A stretch of 32,000 nucleotides of DNA from Caedibacter taeniospiralis (GTDB taxonomy: Bacteria > Pseudomonadota > Gammaproteobacteria > Francisellales > Francisellaceae): NCBI RefSeq assembly GCF_002803295.2, contig NZ_PGGB02000009.1, positions 21,318 to 53,317 on the forward strand, written 5' to 3'. Below the pieces are notes generated by a model. It did not search any database. It had not been told where the DNA came from and saw only the letters and a list, made by a program, of their open reading frames with translations. The position numbers and the translations under genes were made by a program. Below, one piece after another: positions 19,042 to 27,994 of this stretch. Within the stretch, counting starts at the first letter, position 1. Each line of letters opens with the position of its first letter.

Positions 19042-19306
19042 CTCACTGCAGCATTCTATAGTGCGATTTTCACGCTAGAATCCCTTAGTTACGTGATCCT
19101 AAAGCATGGCTTAAAATTTGATTGCGTATTAACCACTGTTTAACTTGCATTTAGCACTCCTTTTTGCTGTAATTCCTCGGCGGTCAAAACGTGATCACTT
19201 TAGTTTTGACCCACAGCCCACTTGGTCGTATGACTACAAACCTTGGTCATGAATGCAGTGGTTGATATATGAAGCAAGTGATTGAGTTAAACCAGAGGAG
19301 TTAGCT

Positions 19307-19630
19307 ATGTTAGATCTTGATATCGAACTGACTAAAGACACTAAGACCGCCTTTCAGCAACCAGCGATTGAGCAGGATGGCGCACTCGTGCGTAATGTTT
19401 ATGTCCTTAATGACGACTTCACGCCAATGGAGTTTGTGCTTGAGGTAGTGCAGAATGTTTTTAAACTTGGGTCTCAAAATGCTGAAAGGGTAACTATGGA
19501 AGCGCATTATAAAGGCAAGGCGTTATGTGGGAAATATCCCAAAGACCTTGCTGAAACAATGGCTTGCAAAGCAATGGATATTGCCCAAAAAGCAGGTCAC
19601 CCCCTGATGCTTATCACCAGTAGAGCTTGA
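19307..19630 (+). CDS. clpS: ATP-dependent Clp protease adaptor ClpS
   Basis: 107 aa. The core YVLNDDFTPMEFVLEVVQNVF is typical of ClpS, and the gene sits upstream of clpA. Confidence 0.93.
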   Translation: MLDLDIELTKDTKTAFQQPAIEQDGALVRNVYVLNDDFTPMEFVLEVVQNVFKLGSQNAERVTMEAHYKGKALCGKYPKDLAETMACKAMDIAQKAGHPLMLITSRA

Positions 19631-19662
19631 CGCTCTTTCCCTGGTCTTTTAATTTTTTTCGC

Positions 19663-19697
19663 AAAAAAAACTCGAAACTGGTAATTCGAGTTTTTTT
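19663..19697 (+). terminator. A-tract/hairpin/T-tract between clpS and clpA (terminator or attenuator)
   Basis: aaaaaaaactcgaa-actggta-ttcgagttttttt. A 7-bp stem is extended by A/T-tract pairing, giving a symmetric, bidirectional-looking structure. Confidence 0.55.
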
Positions 19698-19753
19698 GTG
19701 CCTGTATTTCGTTTATCATTGTGCAAGGAAACACAAACAATTACAGGCGTTGT

Positions 19754-21982
19754 ATGCTAAGTAAGGAACTCGAACAAACGTTAAATCAAGCATTTCAGCA
19801 TGCCAGAGACCTGAAACATGAATATTTGACGGTAGAGCATTTGCTCAGCGCGTTGGTCGATAATGCAGATGCAAAAAAAGTTTTAAAAGCTTGTGGAGCA
19901 AACCTCTCAGAGCTTAAAAATATACTCAATACTTTTATTGAACAGTCCACCCCAAAAATTACTGAAGATGGCAAAGATACTCAGCCAACTTTGGGGTTTC
20001 AACGGGTATTACAGCGTGCGGTGTTTCATGTGCAATCTTCAGGTCGTGGAGAGGTACAAGGCTCTAATGTTTTAGTTGCGATCTTCAGCGAACAAGACAG
20101 TCAGGCGGTAAATTTCTTAAAGCAGCAAAATATTACCCGCCTTGATGTTGTTAATTATTTATCACATGGAGTCTCGAATAATGGTCAGGGCAGTGCCCAG
20201 CAACCAGTTTCAAGCGCTGCGGCAGAAGAGCAAAAAGAAAAAACACCACTTGAATTATATGCGGTTAATCTTAATCAACGCGCTAGAGAAGGCAAAATTG
20301 ACCGCTTGATTGGTCGCGACTATGAAATTGAGCGTGTCACACAGGTGCTGTGTCGCAGGCGCAAGAACAATCCGCTGTTGGTTGGCGAGGCGGGTGTCGG
20401 CAAAACCGCAATTGCCGAAGGTCTTGCCAAAAGAATCGTTGATAAGCAGGTTCCTGATGTCTTAGACAACGGGACAATCTATTCGCTTGACATGGGGACG
20501 ATGCTGGCTGGGACTAAATATCGTGGCGATTTTGAAAAACGCTTTAAAGAAGTACTGAAACAGCTCCAGGAGGAAGAGGGTGCTATTTTATTTATTGATG
20601 AAATTCACACCATTGTTGGTGCAGGAGCTGCCTCTGGTGGTGTGATGGACGCCTCTAATTTAATCAAACCAGCACTTGCCTCAGGCGATTTAAAATGTAT
20701 CGGCTCTACGACCTATCAGGAATACCGCACGATTTTTGAAAAAGATCACGCACTGGCACGAAGATTTCAAAAAATTGATGTCGAGGAACCGACGATTGAG
20801 CAGACTTATGAAATCTTAAAGGGATTAAAGCCTTACTTTGAAGATCATCATAATATCAAGTACACTTTGCCCGCACTTCAAGCAGCGGCTGAGCTCTCTG
20901 CCAAATACATCACTGAGCGCTTTTTACCTGATAAAGCGATTGATGTTATCGATGAACTTGGCGCATACCAGCGCACAAGTGGTAATGCAAAAAAGAAAAA
21001 ATTAATTAATGTCACTGACGTTGAGAATATGGTGGCGCGTCTTGCGCGTATTCCTGCCAAAACAGTATCGGCATCAGATAAAAGCTCAATGGTGAACCTC
21101 GGCAAGGATTTAAGAATGCTTGTCTATGGGCAGGACGAAGCCATTGAAGCCATGGTGGATACCATTAAACTAGCCAGGGCTGGACTTCGTGATCCCAATA
21201 AACCTTGGGGATCTTTCCTTTTTGCAGGTCCTACTGGTGTTGGTAAAACCGAAGTAACTCAACAGCTTGCCAATCTTCTTGGTGTTGAGCTTTTGCGTTT
21301 TGACATGTCCGAGTATATGGAAAGGCATACTGTATCTCGTTTAATTGGTTCACCCCCAGGTTACGTGGGTTATGAAGAGGGGGGGCTACTCACCGAGGCA
21401 GTAACCAAACACCCTTATGCAGTCGTTCTGCTTGATGAAATTGAAAAGGCTCACCCTGATATTTATAATCTGCTGTTGCAAGTCATGGATCATGGCACAT
21501 TAACGGACAACAACGGCAGAAAAGCAGATTTTAGAAATATTATTTTAATTATGACCACAAACGCAGGTGCTTTTGAATTGCAAAAAAATTCCATTGGCTT
21601 TGCTAAACAGGATAGTGCTCCTGATAGTATGGATGCGTTAAAACGCATCTTCACCCCTGAGTTTAGAAACCGCCTGGATGCTGTTATTCAGTTTGCGTCA
21701 CTGTCCAAAGAGGATGTTAAGTCGGTTGTTGATAAGTTTCTCGCACAGCTCCAAGGACAGCTTGATCCTCGCGGAGTGTCGCTTGAAGTTGACGACAAAG
21801 CGAAGGAATGGCTTGCTGAGCATGGCTACGATGAGAAAATGGGCGCCCGCCCGATGGCGCGTTTAATTCAGGAAACCATTAAAAAACCGCTGGCAGAAGA
21901 AATCCTGTTTGGCAAACTTGCCAGCGGCGGACGTGCTGAATTAACGGTTAAAAATAACAAACTAGCCTTCAAATACAGTTAG
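19754..21982 (+). CDS. clpA: ATP-dependent Clp protease ATP-binding subunit ClpA
   Basis: Two AAA+ modules (GEAGVGKT and GPTGVGKT Walker A). The [15 protein letters not shown]-terminus matches the usual ClpA start. GTG at 19721 is less likely. Confidence 0.95.
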   Translation: MLSKELEQTLNQAFQHARDLKHEYLTVEHLLSALVDNADAKKVLKACGANLSELKNILNTFIEQSTPKITEDGKDTQPTLGFQRVLQRAVFHVQSSGRGEVQGSNVLVAIFSEQDSQAVNFLKQQNITRLDVVNYLSHGVSNNGQGSAQQPVSSAAAEEQKEKTPLELYAVNLNQRAREGKIDRLIGRDYEIERVTQVLCRRRKNNPLLVGEAGVGKTAIAEGLAKRIVDKQVPDVLDNGTIYSLDMGTMLAGTKYRGDFEKRFKEVLKQLQEEEGAILFIDEIHTIVGAGAASGGVMDASNLIKPALASGDLKCIGSTTYQEYRTIFEKDHALARRFQKIDVEEPTIEQTYEILKGLKPYFEDHHNIKYTLPALQAAAELSAKYITERFLPDKAIDVIDELGAYQRTSGNAKKKKLINVTDVENMVARLARIPAKTVSASDKSSMVNLGKDLRMLVYGQDEAIEAMVDTIKLARAGLRDPNKPWGSFLFAGPTGVGKTEVTQQLANLLGVELLRFDMSEYMERHTVSRLIGSPPGYVGYEEGGLLTEAVTKHPYAVVLLDEIEKAHPDIYNLLLQVMDHGTLTDNNGRKADFRNIILIMTTNAGAFELQKNSIGFAKQDSAPDSMDALKRIFTPEFRNRLDAVIQFASLSKEDVKSVVDKFLAQLQGQLDPRGVSLEVDDKAKEWLAEHGYDEKMGARPMARLIQETIKKPLAEEILFGKLASGGRAELTVKNNKLAFKYS

Positions 21983-22098
21983 CACAAGCATTTTCAAAAA
22001 ATAAAAAAGCCCGCCTGAGCGCCGCTTTCATATGCTCTTTGTCGATTGTTATGCTAAAATGTCGCCCACTTTAACACCCAAAAAATGAATTTATTCTA

Positions 22099-23194
22099 AT
22101 GGAAGTAAATAGCTATAAAGTTCAGCTGAAAGAGATGAACGAACGCCTGGATACGCTTAGGGGGTATCTTTGACTTCACACACAAAAAAGAGCGTTTAGA
22201 CGAAGTACTCATGGAGCTTGAAAATCCAGAGATTTGGAATGATCCAGAGAATGCTCAGGCACTTGGCAAAGAAAAGACCGCACTTGGAATGGTAGTGGAG
22301 AATGTCTTAGAAATTGAACAAGGCATTGCCGATGGGCTTGAATTAATAGAACTTGCGCAAGAAGCAGATGATGAAAGCATTTTAACTGAAGTGGTGGCTG
22401 AAATTTCTGAGCTTGAAGCATCCCTTGCCAGGCTTGAGTTTATGCGCATGTTTAGTAACCCCATGGATCCCAATGATGCTTTTTTAGATATTCAATCAGG
22501 TTCAGGAGGAACTGAGGCACAGGATTGGGCGCAAATGCTGATGCGTATGTATTTGCGTTGGGGGGAGGCGCATGGCTTTAAAACTGAGTTGATTGAAGTA
22601 TCTGACGGCGATGTAGCAGGAATTAAAAGTTGCACGATTAGATTTGCAGGTGAGTATGCGTATGGCTGGCTTAGAACCGAAACAGGGGTGCATCGCTTAG
22701 TGCGTAAGTCGCCATTTGATTCAGGTAATCGTCGCCACACCTCATTTGCCTCTGTCTTTGTCTCTCCTGAGATCAGTGATGAAATAGAAATTGACATCAA
22801 TCCTGCTAATTTACGTATTGATACTTATCGCGCTTCAGGTGCTGGGGGACAGCATGTAAATCGAACAGATTCCGCGGTGAGAATTACCCACGAACCAACG
22901 GGTATCGTAGTGCAATGTCAAAATGATCGCTCCCAGCACAAGAATAAAGATCAGGCGATGAAGCAGCTAAAATCGAAGCTGTATGAGCTTGAAATGCAAA
23001 AGCGCAATGCCGAAAAGCAGGCTTTAGAAGCGTCTAAATCAGACATCGGCTGGGGGAGTCAGATTCGCTCGTATGTGCTTGATCAATCACGCATTAAGGA
23101 TCTTAGAACTTCAGTTGAAAATACTAATACACAGGCAGTATTAGATGGTGATTTAGATCGCTTTATTGAAGCCAGTTTAAAAATGGGTTTGTGA
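22099..23194 (+). CDS. prfB: peptide chain release factor 2, requires programmed +1 frameshift at 22168-22174
   Basis: ORF0 is [27 protein letters not shown] (22099-22173). Its continuation is in the +1 frame from 22172 ([20 protein letters not shown]...). SPF (KSPFDS) and GGQ (GAGGQHVN) motifs are present. Confidence 0.95.
22159..22174 (+). promoter_or_regulatory. RF2 autoregulatory frameshift site
   Basis: Internal SD-like AGGGGG, then TAT CTT TGA C, the canonical CUU-UGA-C slippery/stop context. Confidence 0.9.
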
Positions 23195-23289
23195 TTGGGA
23201 GGTTAGTAAAATTCTACCTACGTTAATGTAAGGACATATGCAATATTGTTGGCAGTAAAAGAAATAAAATAAATCGGCTTAGGCAAATT

Positions 23290-23386
23290 TTCCGCCCAAA
23301 CAAAAGTCACGGTCATTCCCGCGAAGGCGGGAATCCAGCTTTTAAATGACTCCTGCAACCTCGCACAGGGTGACAGTGGGCGGGAA
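23290..23386. repeat. REP/MITE-like nested palindromic element in the prfB-lysS spacer
   Basis: Core palindrome attcccgc-gaag-gcgggaat (23315-23334). It is nested inside outer inverted arms ttccgccca...gtcac (23290-23310) and gtgac..tgggcgggaa (23370-23386). Confidence 0.7.
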
Positions 23387-23435
23387 GATGGTCGGAGTCA
23401 ATAAATCAAAGCAAAAGTTAAGTTAGGTAATAGCA

Positions 23436-24974
23436 ATGACAGAGCAAATGCAGAGTAAAGTATTGAGCAAAGAAGAAGCACAAATCGAAGAAAATAACCA
23501 GATTCAGGTGCGAAAAGAGAAGCTTCAAGCACATACCAGGGTTAATAATGGCATTGGTTTTGCCAATGACTTTAAGCCCGACGCTGCTGCTGCGTGTTTA
23601 CGGGCAAAGTATGGCGCGATGGAAAAAGCCGAACTTGAGGCGCTAGCGCATAAACCTTACGCCAAAATCGCAGGTCGCATTATGCTTAAACGTATCATGG
23701 GTAAAGCTTCCTTTATCACGCTGCAAGATATGTCAGGACGTATTCAAGCCTATATTCGCAAAAATGATTTGACAGCAGGTGAATACGAGCGCTTTACCGA
23801 TCATTGGGATCTGGGAGATATTGTTGGTATTGAAGGCACATTGTTTAAAACCAACACAGGCGAGCTTTCTGTTCACGCAACGAGTATTAAACTATTAACC
23901 AAAGCCATTCGCCCGCTTCCTGATAAATTCCATGGCTTATCGGACCAGGAGATGCGTTATCGTCAGCGCTATGTTGATTTGATGACCAATAGCGACAGTC
24001 GCAAGGTTTTTCAAACGCGTGCCAAGATCATTCAATTTATGCGTCGTTATTTTGATGAACATCGCTTCATGGAAGTAGAAACCCCAATGATGCACGTTAT
24101 TCCAGGGGGAGCTTCCGCCAAACCATTTGCCACGCACCACAACGCCCTCGACATGCCGCTTTATTTGCGTATCGCTCCTGAGCTTTATTTAAAGCGCTTA
24201 GTCGTGGGAGGCTTTGATCGCGTGTATGAGATTAACCGCAATTTTAGAAATGAAGGCTTGTCAACGCGTCACAATCCTGAGTTTACCATGATTGAGTTTT
24301 ATCAGGCCTATGCTGATTACACAGACCTGATGGATTTAACCGAAGATCTTCTGCGTAAGATGGCACACGAGGTGTTAGGCACAACAGATATTCGTTATCA
24401 GGGTCAAAACTACGATTTGGCCAAACCTTTTGTACGCATGAGCATGTTTAATTCCATTCTGCATTTCAATCCAGATATCACCAGAGAACAGTTAGCTAAT
24501 TTTGATGAAGCCGCTGCTATTGCTAAAAAGCTTCATCTTAAAATTGAACCACATTATGGTCTAGGCAAAGTACAAACGGAAATCTTTGAAGAAACCGTTG
24601 AGCATTGCTTGATCCAGCCAACCTTTATTACCGAGTATCCAGCCGAGGTGTCACCCTTAGCGCGCAAAAATGACCATAATCCATTGATTACTGATCGTTT
24701 TGAATTCTTTATTGGCGGTCGTGAAATTGCCAATGGTTTTTCTGAGTTAAATGACTCAGAGGATCAAGCGGAGCGTTTTAAGGCGCAGGTAGCCGCCAAA
24801 GATGCAGGAGATGACGAGGCGATGTTCTATGATGCCGATTACATCCGTGCCTTAGAATATGGTCTGGCTCCAACCGCGGGTGAGGGAATTGGTATTGATC
24901 GCCTGGTCATGTTTTTTACCGATAGCGCATCCATTCGCGATGTGATCCTGTTCCCGCACATGCGACCTGAATAA
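23436..24974 (+). CDS. lysS: lysine--tRNA ligase (class II)
   Basis: 512 aa. OB-fold N-domain plus class II core ([35 protein letters not shown]). Confidence 0.95.
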   Translation: MTEQMQSKVLSKEEAQIEENNQIQVRKEKLQAHTRVNNGIGFANDFKPDAAAACLRAKYGAMEKAELEALAHKPYAKIAGRIMLKRIMGKASFITLQDMSGRIQAYIRKNDLTAGEYERFTDHWDLGDIVGIEGTLFKTNTGELSVHATSIKLLTKAIRPLPDKFHGLSDQEMRYRQRYVDLMTNSDSRKVFQTRAKIIQFMRRYFDEHRFMEVETPMMHVIPGGASAKPFATHHNALDMPLYLRIAPELYLKRLVVGGFDRVYEINRNFRNEGLSTRHNPEFTMIEFYQAYADYTDLMDLTEDLLRKMAHEVLGTTDIRYQGQNYDLAKPFVRMSMFNSILHFNPDITREQLANFDEAAAIAKKLHLKIEPHYGLGKVQTEIFEETVEHCLIQPTFITEYPAEVSPLARKNDHNPLITDRFEFFIGGREIANGFSELNDSEDQAERFKAQVAAKDAGDDEAMFYDADYIRALEYGLAPTAGEGIGIDRLVMFFTDSASIRDVILFPHMRPE

Positions 24975-25038
24975 CTCCAGTTAAAGAAGACAAACCCATA
25001 TTACGACCTAAACACCAGGAACCGATTATTACAGAAAC

Positions 25039-25063
25039 AAAAAAGGTCGCTGTCGCGACCTTT
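25039..25063. terminator. bidirectional rho-independent terminator (lysS on + strand; ancestral tRNA-Glu on - strand)
   Basis: aaaaaa-ggtcgc-tgtc-gcgacc-ttt. The T-run is stronger when read on the minus strand (ttttttg). Confidence 0.65.
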
Positions 25064-25069
25064 GAATTA

Positions 25070-25088
25070 TGGCGTCCCCAAGGGGATT
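25070..25088 (-). other. 19-nt fossil of a tRNA-Glu 3' end (putative att site, left island junction)
   Basis: The reverse complement is AATCCCCTTGGGGACGCCA: end of T-loop, T-stem 3' half, acceptor 3' half, discriminator G and CCA. As I recall it, the E. coli tRNA-Glu 3' end is AATCCCCTAGGGGACGCCA, an 18/19 match. No D-arm or anticodon arm follows, so this is a fragment and not a gene. Confidence 0.6.
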
Positions 25089-25256
25089 AGACTTATGTTA
25101 GTTAAATCTCTGTAATATATAGTTTTAATGCGTCGCACATAAAATTAGGTATACGTTTTGGCATACACATTAAAATTTCCATAATACAGCCCGTCTAATC
25201 AGACACAGCCAATACTATCACAAGGAATTATGAAAAACCATAAGGGGGATAAAATT

Positions 25257-25443
25257 CCAAGGCTGTCCCCATCTTAAATTTTAGACTTTTTCTGATTGGA
25301 ATTAGCAAAGAAATGGCTATGTCTCACGCTAAGTGTTAGTGAAATTGCTGAGAACAAAGCCTTTAATTTTGAACTTGATCTCAAATAAGCCACGCAATGT
25401 TTTTATCGTAACCAACTTACTAATTTAGATGGGACAGCCCTGG
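25257..25443. repeat. 187-bp unit bounded by ~22-bp imperfect inverted repeats
   Basis: The left arm is ccaaggctgtccccatcttaaatt (25257-25280). The reverse complement of the right arm (25422-25443) is ccagggctgtcccatctaaatt. They differ by one mismatch and two 1-nt indels. Confidence 0.75.
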
Positions 25444-25513
25444 CGGACTACTTGGACAATCTAAGGAACGGTAAAAACGTGGTTAATCTATCTGATTTCA
25501 AAACAGGATAGTT

Positions 25514-25560
25514 GATATTATGAAGTATCAGTTAGCTATACTTTCCGATATTATAATATC
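25514..25560. promoter_or_regulatory. two operator-like palindromes upstream of ORF 25573 (O1 gatattat-ga-agtatc 25514-25529; O2 gatattataatatc 25547-25560, containing a TATAAT)
   Basis: O2 is a perfect 14-bp palindrome and O1 has the same half-sites with a 2-nt spacer. Outer arms ttgatattat (25512-25521) and ataatatcaa (25553-25562) are also complementary. Confidence 0.5.
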
Positions 25561-25572
25561 AAAGATGCTTTG

Positions 25573-25842
25573 ATGAGACTTCACATCAAGCTACCAACAC
25601 GACTCACCACCGTTACTCTACATGATATGCTTTATCAATTATTGAGCCTTAAAATCACAGGCAAACCAGACAGTAAAAATCAAGTTATGAATTGGCTCAG
25701 CCAGAGGCTGTCAGATAGGCTTGGTAAATTGCCTAAACGCCGCAGTATGAATACTGGCTTATCTCAGTATGCTGTTGAGGAAATATTAGAAGAAATCGTT
25801 CAGCCAGAAATACTAAAGGAGTATGATAACGTCAACTGTTGA
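25573..25842 (+). CDS. small orphan protein, possibly ribbon-helix-helix DNA-binding
   Basis: 89 aa from ATG 25573. The N-terminal RLHIKLPTRLTTVTLHDMLYQLLSL fits a beta-strand plus helix RHH-like pattern. This assignment is weak and from memory. Confidence 0.45.
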   Translation: MRLHIKLPTRLTTVTLHDMLYQLLSLKITGKPDSKNQVMNWLSQRLSDRLGKLPKRRSMNTGLSQYAVEEILEEIVQPEILKEYDNVNC

Positions 25843-25851
25843 GGTGGTGTT

Positions 25852-25865
25852 GATACTATAGTATC
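25852..25865. promoter_or_regulatory. third operator-like palindrome O3 gatactatagtatc
   Basis: Perfect 14-bp palindrome 10 nt after the stop of ORF 25573-25842. It shares the consensus GATAYTATARTATC with O2. Confidence 0.45.
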
Positions 25866-26118
25866 GAAATGACTTATTCAATCGCCCCCATCCTCAAATT
25901 GAGGAGGTTAAAACAAGAGGTGTAATATCCACCCTCCCAGTGGGGAATGGCAATTTAAGCATATGCGTTGTGTATCCTTAAATACTTACCACTACCCTAG
26001 ACATCAATTTTATTTTAGACTATCACAACGTCTTAAACCGTGTCTAGGTTCGCTACCGAATAGCTGACTATCCACCAGTGTGGCACTGTTTAACTTTTGT
26101 GGATGCTCGGGAAAGCGA

Positions 26119-27045
26119 ATGAAATTTCCAATGAGGTATAGCCTACAAATGGCTATAGAAAAACTTCGGCTAACGGAGGTTTACACCCAACAGCAGGACA
26201 GGGTAAGGTATTTGATTGACGTGTTAAGACATGATGAAATTAGCGCTTTTAACGCTATCCCTAGTGTGTTTGGCGAAACCCGTATGATTCTTCACAGCTT
26301 GCCAGCTGATGTAGCCTATCATTTTATCAACCATGGTTTGATTAGCTATGAGAGTCACATAGATGAATATTACACCGATGCAGGTGGAAAACGCTTATCA
26401 GAGTTAATAATTAAGCTTAAAGATGAATACGACAAGGTAGGCGGCGGAGAAATTTTTTGCCGTTGCATGCCTGACATAATGGATATAGCCGACATTGCCA
26501 GTTATGGTGTTAGCAAGGATGGGTGCCAGCTTGATATTAAAAGCCTGTACTATAATTCAACCGTCTTTGACCCACGTTTTAAAGCAAGCCACCTTTTGGG
26601 CAGGAAAGAGGGGCTGGGGCGTGTTATCTGTCAACTGACCACGTTCCATAGTGTCAAGCAGGGAAATGGGATAGATAGAAATTACTTTGAATATGGCATA
26701 AAAGCCGATACTGATAGCCTATTCATTGATGCAAACGGATTTGAACTTCTCCGTGAGAAAATGGCAGGCGAAAGTAAAAAAGACAGACCCGAGGCATCGC
26801 CCCAAAAAAAGCCAAAGGAGCCAAAGGATAGTGCGCAGGTATCACCACCAACAAGCCAGGCCCTTGCATACATTAACCAGCTTATTCATGACTTCAAAGA
26901 TTCAACCTGCTATCAAAAGTATAAGGACGAAACCCAGCAGCAATTAATCAAGGACTGGCTAAAAGAAAGAGGATGCTCAGGAAGAGAGCAGGACGTTATT
27001 GCTAAACTCATTAGCGAGCATTATGGTATTAAAACCAAACGGTAA
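26119..27045 (+). CDS. orphan protein (308 aa from ATG 26119; GTG 26080 also possible)
   Basis: Long ORF with coding-like composition. It has a P/K/E-rich linker (DRPEASPQKKPKEPKDSAQVSPPTSQ) between a ~225-aa N-domain and a ~60-aa C-domain. I recognise no motif. Confidence 0.6.
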   Translation: MKFPMRYSLQMAIEKLRLTEVYTQQQDRVRYLIDVLRHDEISAFNAIPSVFGETRMILHSLPADVAYHFINHGLISYESHIDEYYTDAGGKRLSELIIKLKDEYDKVGGGEIFCRCMPDIMDIADIASYGVSKDGCQLDIKSLYYNSTVFDPRFKASHLLGRKEGLGRVICQLTTFHSVKQGNGIDRNYFEYGIKADTDSLFIDANGFELLREKMAGESKKDRPEASPQKKPKEPKDSAQVSPPTSQALAYINQLIHDFKDSTCYQKYKDETQQQLIKDWLKERGCSGREQDVIAKLISEHYGIKTKR

Positions 27046-27106
27046 AAATTATTTCTTGCCATATTAGAATCCCTTTAAATACATGCTTTTTAGCTAACTA
27101 AATTCG

Positions 27107-27132
27107 ATATTGGCAAATGGTATTGCCAATAT
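27107..27132. promoter_or_regulatory. operator-like palindrome upstream of the alpA-like gene
   Basis: atattggcaa-atggta-ttgccaatat, perfect 10-bp arms, about 120 nt upstream of ATG 27251. Confidence 0.4.
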
Positions 27133-27250
27133 TGGTGTATGGCTATTCCCATATCATTGCCCTCATAATCTCTCTCGTTAGCACACAAGACGAGGCTGAA
27201 AAGCTTCTTTAGTGTGTGAATATTTTAAATTAATTTAAGAGGGAGAAAAA

Positions 27251-27457
27251 ATGCAAAACAACATTTTAAGGTTACCAGAAATTTCAAAACACTGTGGCTT
27301 TTCACGCTCAACAGTATATCGACTAATCCAACAGGCAGACTTTCCAAAGCCAATTAAGCTGACATCACGCTCAAGCGGCTGGTTGGAGTCAGACATAAAC
27401 CAATGGATAGATAACCGCATAAAAGCGCGTGATAGCAAATTAAACAAGGGGGCGTAG
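27251..27457 (+). CDS. alpA: AlpA-family phage transcriptional regulator / excisionase-like HTH
   Basis: 68 aa. ILRLPEISKHCGFSRSTVYRLIQQADFPKPIKLTSRSSGWLESDINQWI is the classic Phage_AlpA pattern, with a strong RBS (aagagggag). Confidence 0.85.
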   Translation: MQNNILRLPEISKHCGFSRSTVYRLIQQADFPKPIKLTSRSSGWLESDINQWIDNRIKARDSKLNKGA

Positions 27458-27459
27458 TC

Positions 27460-27994
27460 ATGATCAACGTTCAAGAATATAAATCCTTTAAGCAAGCAGT
27501 ATCAGTACGAGAGCCTTACACATTTTTGGAGCCTAAAGCACAATTTACAAACGGGTGCGATAGGATGTTTGAGTATGGATTTGAGGAAAATGAGGACTAC
27601 ATCTTGCTTAACAAATTTGTTAAGCAAGATAACGGGCACGGAGGTCACAACAAGGTGGATTATTTCCTATCTATCGACTGCGCCAAAGAAATAGCAATGC
27701 TTCAGCGTAGCGATAAAGGAAAACAAGTTCGCAAGTATTTTATTGAGTGAGAAACAGCTATATGGTCTTACTAACGGCTATACGCTCACAGAGGCGATTA
27801 ATGAAATATCAAAGCAGCTCAATGAGATTAAACAAATGGGAAGCGCCTAGGGGCGAAAAGGTGCTAGCTTAAGAAGAACCAAAAGGGAAGCTAGGCGAGA
27901 ATTTAAAAGGCTGGTTAACGAGGCACAGTGCACACTTGACTTAGGCTTGTATGGGGAGTTAGGAACTAAGGGGGTAAGTTATGTTAAGCAATGA
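27460..27994 (+). pseudogene. AntA-like phage antirepressor, inactivated by one frameshift and one nonsense codon
   Basis: AntA-type N-domain (FEENEDYILL...GGHNKVDYFLSIDCAKEIAMLQRSDKGKQVRKYFIE). The frame breaks at gag-TGA (27748-27750), where the family usually reads YFIECEK. It continues in the next frame as EKQLYGLTNGYTLTEAINE...QMGSA, hits TAG at 27848-27850 (a likely former TGG), then reads GRKGASLRRTKREARREF... to 27994. Confidence 0.6.

Noticed and set aside
19174-19184. 11-mer tcctcggcggt shared with 261-271 at the left edge of the GC-rich repeat
   Set aside because: Many 11-mer coincidences are expected by chance in a 32-kb window, and no extended similarity flanks it.
19182-19211. 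Perfect 9-bp hairpin ggtcaaaac-N12-gttttgacc upstream of clpS
   Set aside because: It has no T-run and no recognisable motif. It could be a minor regulatory or REP-like hairpin, but nothing further supports it.
25257-25443. Retron msr/msd interpretation of the inverted-repeat-flanked unit
   Set aside because: No reverse transcriptase is nearby, and neither neighbouring ORF has RT motifs such as YxDD in the proper context.
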